Assembly: GCA_051294375.1 (NCBI GenBank)
Contig: JBJCIZ010000744.1
Span: 1,807,252 to 1,871,251 of the forward strand
DNA length: 64,000 nucleotides
Direction of reading: 5' to 3'
DNA from: Paraspadella gotoi
Taxonomy: Eukaryota > Animalia > Chaetognatha
The position numbers were made by a program, and so were the translations under genes. The notes under the pieces were generated by a model, which worked only from the letters and a program-made list of their open reading frames with translations, did no database searches and was not told the DNA's origin. Within the stretch, counting starts at the first letter, position 1, and each line of letters begins with the position of its first letter. Shown in pieces: positions 27,042-37,935 of the stretch.

Positions 27042-27386
27042 AGCTTACCCGATTCACATTAAAGACCCAAGAGACGTACGACATCGAATCCACAGTTTGT
27101 TGGCGACGCGCTTCAACTATCGTCATCGTCTCGAGCACATTGACGAGTCCAAATTAACGTGATGGTTAATTGGTTATATCACCTCCGCTCAAACATGTTC
27201 AATGTTTCACCATCTGTGACCTTTGTTCGTGAGTAAACAAAGCTTGCATCACGAACATTCACAGTCATGAAATTCAATAACTTCTCCATTAAAATTTTAT
27301 TCCCGCGAATTAAATTCGACGCCTCAGTCTCGATTCATATTTATTTTTTCGATTTGAAGGGACTCTGCCTCTGCCTTACCTATTAT

Positions 27387-27483
<97 letters not shown>

Positions 27484-27714
27484 CTCTTTTCTCTCAACGG
27501 TAAGGGTAAGGCCTAAGGTAAGTTCCCTCAAATATTCAATTTTTCAATGTCTCATCGATCAAATTATGTCACACCTTTAACTCTTTCTGTTCGCCGCACA
27601 CGGTGTTCACCAACGCAGCAGCAGAAGCCGCCGTCGCAGTCGTCGTAGCAGCCGCAACCGCCGCCGCTACCAATCTCCAGTCTCGTTATTTTTCAGGCCA
27701 ATCATTCATCCCAT

Positions 27715-27764
<50 letters not shown>

Positions 27765-28394
27765 GCGGGAAAAGAAAAAAAATATTTCGCGGTCGACCTA
27801 TGAGGTGACCCGGTNNNNNNNNNNNNNNNNNNNNNNNNNNNNNNNNNNNNNNNNNNNNNNNNNNNNNNNNNNNNNNNNNNNNNNNNNNNNNNNNNNNNNN
27901 NNNNNNNNNNNNNNNNNNNNNNNNNNNNNNNNNNNNNNNNNNNNNNNNNNNNNNNNNNNNNNNNNNNNNNNNNNNNNNNNNNNNNNNNNNNNNNNNNNNN
28001 NNNNNNNNNNNNNNNNNNNNNNNNNNNNNNNNNNNNNNNNNNNNNNNNNNNNNNNNNNNNNNNNNNNNNNNNNNNNNNNNNNNNNNNNNNNNNNNNNNNN
28101 NNNNNNNNNNNNNNNNNNNNNNNNNNNNNNNNNNNNNNNNNNNNNNNNNNNNNNNNNNNNNNNNNNNNNNNNNNNNNNNNNNNNNNNGTTGTAGGCGGTC
28201 CGCTGTGAAGAAAGACTGCAGATGGCAGAAGAAGATGAGATGCTCTTCTTTTTTTTTCCTGCCGCAACCAATGGTCATGGTAGGAATCTTTTTGGATTTG
28301 TGGGAATTTTATTGTGTCGAGTTTTGTTTCTTGTTTTTAAATGTTTACTTCATCATTAATTGATAATCTTTGTACAAATTATATTTCTTTACTT

Positions 28395-28550
28395 CATTTA
28401 ACAAATAAGCTATCTTGCCCTTGACTTTGGACAGGCTTTGGTGGTTTAAGGCCTCCATCACTCTTACAAGATAATGAAATAGCTTTCAATCAAGACCCTC
28501 TCACAATCTCGTTTATTCACTCCCAGAGTTCCTGGTTACCCTATCAAGTG
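28395..28550 (+). mobile_element. Dispersed repeat family B, partial copy
   Basis: Direct similarity to 2460-2620. Confidence 0.7.
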
Positions 28551-28945
28551 GTATAATGTATTATTGTATTGTATTATGTATTATGAAATGTTTTGTCCCT
28601 TCTTCTTTAGTTTCATCTTGTGTTTTCTCTTCATCTTTGTTTCTTTTGTTTTGTCTTTTCTTTTTTGGTCTCTTTCGTTTCTTTGCTTCGTTTTTCTTCT
28701 TTTCTCCTCTGTTCTTCCCCGGCCTTGTTCTTTACTTGTCTTTCTTTTGTGTCCCACCCTGCTTTTAATTTGTCCTTCAGTGTTTATCCTTTTCCACCCT
28801 TTGTCCTTGTCCCATCCTTGTCTTTGTCCCGTCCTTGTCCATAATTTTTTTTCTCCCTCCTCGTTTTCCTTCCTTCTTTCGATTTGTCCTCCGCTGGACA
28901 GATGGGGCTCGAGGGAGGGCGCTCGCGTGCCGAGCAATACCGCGT

Positions 28946-29006
<61 letters not shown>

Positions 29007-29108
29007 GTCGCACGCGAGTACCTGTAAGCAACGCGTTCGTCGTTTCGGATCCCAAAGAAGAAAAGCAAAGGATATAAAACCGGAAAGAAAGGGATTTTTT
29101 TGTTCTCA

Positions 29109-29149
<41 letters not shown>

Positions 29150-29229
29150 CGAGGATTAAGGTTTTATTGAAGAAGAAGAGAATCCTTCTGTTTCTTGACC
29201 TCGAAAGATTTTGAACTTTGGTCGTCGTC

Positions 29230-29697
29230 CTTCTCCTTTCTTTTCTTTCTTTCTCCTCTCCTTTCCTTTCCTTTCCTTTTTATTCCATTTTCACTCCTTT
29301 CTTTCCCTTTCTTTTCCTTTCATTTCCTTTTCCTTTCCTTTCCTTTCCTTTCCTTTCCTTTCCTTTCAATTCTTCATTTCATTTCAATCTTTTCCTTCTT
29401 TCCTTTACCTTTCCTTTCCTTTCCCTTCCTCCTTTCCTTTCCTTTCCTTTCTTTCCTTTCCTCTTTCCTTTCCGTTCCTTTCCTTTCCTTTCCTTTCCCT
29501 TTCCCTTTCCTTTCCTTTTCCTTTCTTTCCCTGTCTTTCCCTTCTCCTTTCCTTTCTTTCCTTCTCCTCTCCTTTCCTTTCCTTTTTATTCCATTTTCTC
29601 TCCTTTCTTTCCTTCCATTTTCTTTACTTTCCCTTTACTTAATTCCCAATTTTTTCCTCACCTTTTCCTCTATAGCTTTTTCCTTTTTATATCCCCT

Positions 29698-29769
<72 letters not shown>

Positions 29770-29790
29770 TTCTTTTCTTTCCTTTCCTTT
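29230..29790. repeat. ~560 bp polypyrimidine (TTTCC/TTTC) tract
   Basis: Almost purine-free on the + strand. Confidence 0.9.
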
Positions 29791-29985
29791 CTACCTCATA
29801 CTCTCCCCTTCACTTATTACCTTTTCCATATAACCTTACCTCATCTTCTCCCACCCCGCGCTTTTCACCCTTTACCAACTACCCACTAACCACTACCCAC
29901 TACCTACTACCCACTAACCACTACCCAGCCCTCTCATGAAACGCGCAGCCTCTTCGCGTGCGCAACAAAACGAAACCGTTAAAAA

Positions 29986-30031
<46 letters not shown>

Positions 30032-30649
30032 CTGAAGCTTCAAGCGTCCGACATCAACCTGATTCCGTAAAATTTAATAACAACAACAACAAGAAGAAGA
30101 ACAGCTACTATCGTTGCTACAACAACAACGACGACGACATCGACAAGAAAAACGACGACAACGAAAATGAAAAAAGAGAACAACAACAAAGACAAAGACA
30201 ACAACAAAGAAAACAATAACAAAAACAAAGACAACAAAAAAGAGAACAACAACAAAGACAAAGACAACAAAAAAGAGAACAACAACAAAGAAAACAATAA
30301 CAAAGACAAAGACAACAAAAAAGAGAACAACGTCAACAAGGAAGACGACGACGACAATAACAACGACAACAACAATTTCATTTCTTCGCCTAACTCATTC
30401 TTAAACTCAAGTGACTCGTCGCCGCCATCGTCTGACTTTCTCGACCACGAGCCCTCACCGCCGCCACCTCTGCATCTGCCGCCACCGCCTGCTTTCTTTT
30501 TCTTCCCCCCCGCCTGCCCCCTTTCTTTTTATCCGCCACCTCTCCGCTTCACCCTGCCTCCTATTTCATCCCCCACCGTCTGCCGAACCTCGCAATTATT
30601 TTCATAAAATTTTCGTCAGAGACTTTTATCGCCGGATTGAGATGGGAAG

Positions 30650-30688
<39 letters not shown>

Positions 30689-31674
30689 ACTCACCCTTTG
30701 TGCTTTCCATTGTTGACTCATCCATCCCTTACCCTTACCCTTACATTTTCGGTTTCCTGTCCCAAAAAAAGAATAAAGAAAGAATGAAATAAAAATAAGA
30801 AAAAAAAAAGAAAAATTAAAAACAAATATTAACAAATAAAGACGGACGATTTTCTCAAATTGTCTCATCTTCATTTCAAAAGAAATATTCTACAGATTTT
30901 TGACGACAACAAAGACAACAACAACAACGACAGAATGTACATCCATAGACGGTCGATCCCTTTGACTCAAAAGGTTGAATTTTTATACGTTTTCCTGTAA
31001 ATTGTGTACGAGCGGGATTTCATTACCACCAATCCTTCGCCATCCCAACATTTGCCATCCCCCATGCACTTCCTCGATTTAATGAAATCTCTTCCACTCG
31101 GACACCAGAACGCCAGAATGCCAGAATGCCAAAACGCCAGTATGTCATAACCTAAGAATGCCAGACCTCCAGAAGGCCAGAACGCCAGAATGTCATGACG
31201 CCAGAATGCCAGAACCCCAGAACGATACAATGCCATAACGCCAGAATGCCAGACTGCCAGAATCTAACGCGCGCTCAAAGAGATTCGACCCTAAATTAAA
31301 CGAGGGATATCGTCAAAGGTGCACACGCCAGGATGCGATCAATGCAATCAAAGCAACAACCATTTGATGCGATCAACGAATTCCTCTTCGAATATATACG
31401 ATCTATTTTTATCTGACTACAACTCCGCCTTCGCCCTACCTCCCTTCCCCCCCCCTACCGACCTCATTTGCGGGCGGATTTTATGGGAGGGACGCGTCCG
31501 TTGTTGATTTTGTGTCGTCGTCGTCGTCGTCGTCGTCGTCTTCATCGCCGCCCCTCGCACGACATCCTCGTGCCGTTCGGGGGCATTAAACGTGCCGTAA
31601 CCGGATAGGTTCGACCCCGACGGGTCGCGGGAGGCCTACGCCCTTTCATTTCAAATCAAGANNNNNNNNNNNNN

Positions 31675-31713
<39 letters not shown>

Positions 31714-32770
31714 CCTTAATGGCGCAGGAATTTTTGTGGTGCAGACTTGTCCCTTTATTATTGTTTCTCTGATTTCGAGCAACTCGTCTGGTGCCATTGC
31801 ATGAAATTCTAAGCGTCTTAAAATTGGTCACTTAATTTTGTTTTGTCAGTTTCTCGGTCGGTCAGTCCGTCCGTCCGTTTGATATTTGGCCGATCTTTCG
31901 GTCAGTTTCTCAGCGCCGCAATACGAGTCTATCCCGGTGACGGAATCCAAGTCACGAGGCGAGATAGTTAATTGTTATCCAATCGCGAATAAAACTAAAT
32001 TTATCATTTATGGCATTTGGGATGGCTTTGGGGGCTTCCGACCCTCAGTGACGCCTCCAGTCACTGGCGCGGTTACCCTAGGACGACGGTCTCGCTTTGC
32101 CAACGCAGGGATGGAACACAAGGCCTTGCATGGTCTGTTCCCCCTCTGAGCCAATGGAATTTGCTGAACGATGATGGACGTGAGGCAATGTGAATATACC
32201 GCCACACCTTATCATTTCTCACAGGAATATTCGTTGATTAAATATCGAGGTCGCTTTTCGAAAATCGTCCATATTTTCTGTTCCTTAATGTTAATCTTAT
32301 TAATTTAAGCTGAAAAGCGACGTTTTATGAAAACGAGGCCGTCTCTTCGTCTCTCCGCCGTCTACGAAATTCGTCGCCAGAATCCGTTGACCTTTTCCTC
32401 ATCGGCCGGATTCTGCCGGATTGTCGAGCCGGATTGGGCCGGATCGCGGTCTCTCTCGGACTTGGGACCCGGCGACGGGTTTTTTTGGGGTCCGAAGTCC
32501 TGCCTTTAGGTTTCGAGTCGCGCGATCGAAGGGAGAAAAAGGGTTATCGGCCTCAGATTGAGTCAGAAGGGTGGAAATTGTGGTCGGGGTCATGTAGGGG
32601 AGTGAAAAGGAGTGTTTGGGAGTGGTTTGGGGTTGTGATGCATCAGGAGAGTCTTGGGTGGCTCGGCTGTCAATGCAAGGAACAGATTTTCGTAGAAACG
32701 CGAGGTCTGTAGTAAATACTTTACTACTAGTAAATTAATACTACTACTTTACTTTTCCTTATCATATAAT

Positions 32771-33016
32771 ACTTAAGGAAGTGGTCTTTTCATACAATTG
32801 AAATATTTTCCACTTCATTGATAGGGAAGCCAGGTACTCTAGGAGTGAATAGACTGTGAGAGAGTCTTGATTAAAAGCTTGTAGGGACCTGCTATGTCAT
32901 TATCTTGTAAGAGTGATGGAGGCCTTAAACCACCAAAGAGTGTCCAAAGTCTGGGTCGAGATAGCTTATTTATTAAATGAATGGATAATTTTTATATTGG
33001 TTGTACCAATTTCATA
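32771..33016 (-). mobile_element. Dispersed repeat family B, inverted near-full copy
   Basis: Reverse complement of 2425-2671 with both ends shared (ACTTAAGGAAGTGGTCTTTTCATACAATTGAAA ... ATTGGTTGTACCAATTTCATA). Confidence 0.75.
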
Positions 33017-33319
33017 AATGAATATAAATAAAGGAAAACCTTAAAATATAAATTTAGAATATAAACAAAACAAAAACATCTTCTTGCTTCAAATCAGTCA
33101 ACCGAAACTTTTGTCCAAGTCCTCTCGTTAAATCGATCGTATCTCTTTAAATCCGTTGTCATTAAGTCCGTTTTAACGAAAGGTTCTCTCGTTTTTTTTC
33201 TCCGCAAAATAAAGATTTTTTTTTTTTTATAAAAATTTTACTGATATCGTCTATATATAATATATATTTATAGTTAGGCGGTTAACCTTCACCGAAACAG
33301 GAATCAGAGAGTTGTCTCT

Positions 33320-33390
33320 GTCTCTGTGGTATAATGGTTCAAACATCGGATTCAAGCACAGAGATTGCGGGTTCTAATCCCGGAGATGCA
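33320..33390 (+). pseudogene. Degenerate tRNA-like sequence (tRNA pseudogene or SINE head)
   Basis: A-box TGGTATAATGG and B-box GGTTCTAATCCC at tRNA-like spacing. The anticodon arm pairs poorly. Confidence 0.45.
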
Positions 33391-34930
33391 TCTCTCACTT
33401 CTTTTAGAAATATGACGATGGTAAACATTGCGGCGCGGGACAATTTACGGATGTGAAATACGCAAATCGACGCCGTTGGTCTAATTTGGATCCGGACTTG
33501 TTCTCTTCTTTTAAGTTTAAAAGTGAGACTCTGGAATCAGTTATATAGTGAAGCTCACCAAGATGTGAATAGGAGATTAACCTGGCACCGAGACAGGAAT
33601 CAAAGATATTGTTTAAATTGCCCTAATGAATCTCTAAAGTTAAATCAGGCTTGATGACCACGGGCTGCCATATTGGTTGGTAACAGCTGGTGGCGGGAAT
33701 CGAAGATGGCCTGACGAAAGAGTATTGATAAAGTATTGATTAAGGCTGAGATTTAACATTGATTGATCAAAATTGACGCCGTGGTACGACTCGGGCTGAC
33801 ATGTAGAGGTTAAATGTCTAAGTAAGATTAATTCTTTTATGATAGTAATAATTTTGGTGCCACGATTAAAGGCAACATATATCATTTGTTAACATTTTAT
33901 AATTTCAGTGGCCTTTTTTTCGGGATTCAGAATCGTCTGCTTGGCCTTAAGGTCACAGACGAGTCAGCGCGACCTGAATACGAGAGAGCGAGAGAGAGAG
34001 AGCGAGAGAGAGTTGATTTACTACAACACTGAAAAAGAGAAGGGAAAGAGTTTTTAGGCAAATCATAAAATGTCTCGATTTCGATCCAGTTTTTTTTTTT
34101 AATTGGCCCTACTCGCTNNNNNNNNNNCTCTCTCTCTCTCTCTCTCTCTAATTATTCCGATTGTCTGGAGCAAGAAGAAATAACTTTTTTTTTGCCAAAA
34201 TTTTGGGTCAGGTTTTATCTTTGTTATTCTTTGTGACTGAGTCAGAGCGAGATTTTTTGATTGGCTCCTTGCGTGTACAGCTGTAAAATTTGTGTCCGTT
34301 TCCCAAATTTTTTGGAAGGAAGAGGAGAGAGAGTGAGCGAGAGAGAGAGAGAGACAAACACACACACACACGTGGTGGAAACGCAAGAACGTGGGAAAAT
34401 CTGTGACAACTTCGTCTTAACATTTGAAACATTTTAAAAATGTAAAAATATTTAAAATAAATCTGACATTTTTAAAAATGTTAGTGGGCGACGCTGAGTA
34501 TGAATTAATCCAAAACATTTAAAAAATTGTAAAATAGATTTACGACTAAAAATCTTTCCGAAAGTAAAATTTAACCTAATAATTGTTATTAGTTTTTAAA
34601 TTTTTAAATTTTTTAAAAAATTTTAAATTAATTTTTGCAGTCGTATTTTTTTTTATAATTGTGTAATTTGAAAAAGGAATGTGGGCTCTATTTTACGAAA
34701 GCGCCCAATTTTTGTTCTAACTCTTTGAATTTAATATAAAATTTTAATAATAGTAATAGTAATACCAGATCGTTTTCCTAATTCCTTACCCTCTACTTTA
34801 ATCTTTAAACTAACATTTAATTTTAATTTTTAATTTTAAACACCTATATTTAAGCTAAAATAAAATACTTTCGCAAAATACTCCCCAAACGGACCTGAAA
34901 ATAGCCTCGATTGACCTTCCGCATACAAAC

Positions 34931-35009
34931 TTACCCTTTCCTCACTCTTTCCTCACCCCCCCCAAACCCCCCTTTTTTTTCTCCCCCACCACATTGTCCT
35001 CTCCTCCAG
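34931..35009 (+). promoter_or_regulatory. Polypyrimidine tract, possible branch point and 3' splice site of the mbl exon
   Basis: About 75 nt of C/T-rich sequence with CTCAC branch-like motifs near 34941 and 34952, ending in CTCCAG. Confidence 0.8.
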
Positions 35010-35218
35010 TGGTGAACATGGCCAACCTCATGAACGGAATGAGCCCGATGCTGGCGCTGGCGACTCAAAAAGACTCCAGGTGGCTCACCCTAGAAGTTTG
35101 TCGAGAATATCAGCGCAACAAATGCAGCCGCACGGAGAACGAGTGCAAATTCGCTCACCCGCCGCCGCAGGTCGAAGTGCAGAACGGGAGAGTCACCGCC
35201 TGTTTCGACTCCATCAAG
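35010..35218 (+). CDS. mbl: Muscleblind (MBNL) coding exon: CCCH zinc finger 1 and start of zinc finger 2 (partial gene)
   Basis: Translates to ...[69 protein letters not shown]. This has the diagnostic [13 protein letters not shown] motif, a C-x7-C-x6-C-x3-H finger and the [12 protein letters not shown] end typical of muscleblind. There is a long pyrimidine tract plus CAG acceptor (AG 35008-35009) and an AAG|GTGAGT donor after 35218. First in-exon ATG is at 35018. Confidence 0.97.
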
Positions 35219-36850
35219 GTGAGTTTATTTCTTGGGGTGGGGTGGGGGTAAAGGTTTTGGGGAAATCAGGCGTTTGGAGGCGATGAAGCGTCTCGGCTTG
35301 ATTCTTTTATTTTCCCGTCGTTCCCGGGGAAAAGGCTTTTACCTTTTAAGAGCAAAGGAAATCAGTTTTGGTCGGCGTTTAAGAGCAAAGTGATCAGTGA
35401 TCATTGGTCTTTAGGGAGGAGAAATCAGTTTTTAGAAATAAAGATTTTGGTAGAACGATACCCCACACACAAAAAATTGGCGGGGGACGAGGAGGGAAAT
35501 ATTATTGTTTGTTTGGAGTTTTCGGCGAGGGTCCAGGGAGCATTGAATAAAACTTGGGGCTAATGAGATGAAAAGTTTTAAACATACCAACAATTATGAT
35601 AAATGCATAAATTATGATAAGATATAACAAAATCTGTAAAGATTGGTTGCAACTAAATTTGTAGATACATAGTTTAAAATTCACAAATAAAAGAAACTAA
35701 TACTTGGAACCAACTTGCTTTCCATCTGATCCAAAGGCGCTAAATTTTTATACCACGCGACTACTACTTGCATCCGGGGTCTGAGAAGAGGAAAAAACGC
35801 AAACCAGTTGACATACGGAAGTCGCGCGATATTTGTCGTTCGACGATGTTTGTCTCGGAAACGATAATGATTTTTGGTTATGGAAAATGATTAAAGGAAA
35901 GAGAGAATTGGGATGGGGAGGGAAAGGGAATGGGAAGGGGTTACTATCTAGGACAAAAGTATATCTCATAATTGCTGAAAAATTCATTTATTCAATAAAA
36001 AATATACAGAACATAGGTAAAACATTTTTAATATTTGGTATGCCTTCCTTCTGCATAGACTATTACCTGTTTTTGTCTTGGCATGCTCTTGTAGAACGAA
36101 TTGAGGTATAGCAGTGAAATGTTTTTTCACACCTTTAACGCAATTATTTTCAGCCCCGATGTTCATGTTGTGCGCCTTTCCCTCTTTTCTGAAAGCTATA
36201 ATACCACTTTTTCGAACCAAAAAAAGGTGCAATGTCTTTAGCATTACCAAATTAAAAAAAATTTTAAAAATAACTAATTCAATTCAAAATAAAACAAATT
36301 AATTAAATATTAAAAATGGTAGAAAATTAAATATAATTTTTTTTACCATTTTTTATTTGAAGTAGCAATCTTTTTTTGCCTCTAACTTCTAATCGATTTG
36401 ACCAACAAAAAATGGAAAGAAGCAACTGAAAAAAAATTCAATCTAGATTCGGAAATATTCTAATTTTTTTAAATTAAAAAAAATTTTGAGTAAATATCCT
36501 CAACTAAAAACGTGATAGACTTTTTTTCCAAGATGGTAGAAAGTGAGGAGAAAGCAGAGATTAGGGAAGGTAGGAAAAGTTAGGATCCATTTGGTAGGAA
36601 GATGAAAATGTGATAAAGAGAAAATAGGATTGTATAAAAACTGAGGGTAAGTTTGGGGTGAGTTTAAGTTGCGTCGGGGTAAGGATAAAAAAACGAATCG
36701 GAATGTGGGAGGCTTCGTCGATCTGGAACAAACTTTCATAGCCCAACCAAAACATTGTAAAATATTTTTCCTCCTCGTTGCTTCCGTTTCCTTTCGAACT
36801 TACCTCCCTTCTTTTCCCGCCTTACCCTTGATCCAACTTACCATCTCTTT

Positions 36851-36918
36851 CCACCACCGGGCTAGAACCCCGGACCTTTGGGTTGGGAGGCGAATGACTT
36901 GCCTCTGGCACCAATGGC
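36851..36918 (-). mobile_element. tRNA(Gly)-like SINE head or tRNA pseudogene
   Basis: Minus strand reads GCCATTGGTGCCAGAGGCAAGTCATTCGCCTCCCAACCCAAAGGTCCGGGGTTCTAGCCCGGTGGTGG, with an A-box-like TGGTGCCAGAGG, a B-box-like GGTTCTAGCCC and a Gly-like TCGCCTCCCA segment. The cloverleaf is imperfect. Confidence 0.5.
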
Positions 36919-37207
36919 CGCTGATAAACGGTTGGTGGATTTTAGTCCATCATAATCTTTATATTAACCTTTCATCTCTACACTTTTTCCCTTCCTCCTT
37001 ATTTTTTCTTTATCGACGTTTCCTGTGACGAGACTTTTTTTTCTCCATCGTCGCTGGTACTGTGGAATAACTCGGTCTCAACTTGGCCTCGGGTATATTT
37101 TGTAAAAACCGCACCGTTTAAAGTTAAATTAAGAATTAAAATATAATATAAATTAGGTTAATGGTTCAGGATTAAAGGGAATGTTAAAGATTATGATTCC
37201 GGATTAT

Positions 37208-37400
37208 GTTAGGGATAGTCTTAGGGGAATAGAATCGGGGTTTAGGGATAATCTGAGGGTTAGGGGATAGAATGGGGGATTAGGGTTAGGGATAATCTGA
37301 GGGTTAGGGGATAGAATGAGTGATTAGGGTTAGAAAGAAGGATTAGGGTTAATAATTAAGGTTAGGCTCTAAGCTAGGATTAAATATTAAGGTTAAAGAT
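37208..37400 (+). repeat. Degenerate telomere-like hexamer array
   Basis: TTAGGGTTAGGG and variants, with a higher-order GATAATCTGAGGGTTAGGGGATAGAAT repeat. Confidence 0.7.
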
Positions 37401-37607
37401 TGAGTTTTAAATAGAAATTAAATTTAAAAAAATATAATTTAAGGAATAGAAATGGGGCGCTAAAGGGAAATAGTGCCAGGATTTGTAGGATTTCTGATTT
37501 TTATGAAATGGGGTGCTAAAGGGAAATAGTGCCAGGATTTGTAGGATTTCTGATTTTTATTGAAAATGAGTAGAAAAAAAGATGAAACAAATTCGAGTCA
37601 CGCAAAA

Positions 37608-37649
<42 letters not shown>

Positions 37650-37884
37650 AAAAGAGAGAGAGAGAGATTACTCCATTGCTGCCGTCGATTTTTCGTGTTG
37701 ATCTGTAATTCTGATTTCTACTACCTTTTGCTCTCTCTCTCTCTCTGGAATGCAAACGCTTCGAATCGGATCATTTGAACTTTTTTTTATTTATTTATAT
37801 TTCGGTTTTTTCTTTCTTTTCGCGGGAAAAGTTGACTTTTTCTCGTTATTTGGACTCAGTTGAGCATTTTTTTTTCCCTCACCA

Positions 37885-37935
<51 letters not shown>

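Noticed and set aside
28564-29889. Long F/S/L/P-rich 'membrane-like' ORFs (similar ones at 13366, 43102 and 48671)
   Set aside because: Stop-free translations of polypyrimidine or polypurine tracts.
30167-30607. 146-aa K/E/N/D-rich ORF
   Set aside because: Translation of degenerate (AAC/GAC)n repeats; no domain and no convincing splice structure.
33320-33390. Functional tRNA gene
   Set aside because: A and B boxes are present, but the anticodon stem does not pair and the T and acceptor stems overlap; kept only as pseudogene or SINE head.
33710-33760. Hammerhead ribozyme core (CTGACGA; also CTGAAGA near 44614)
   Set aside because: No stem II closed by GAAA and no matching stems I/III.
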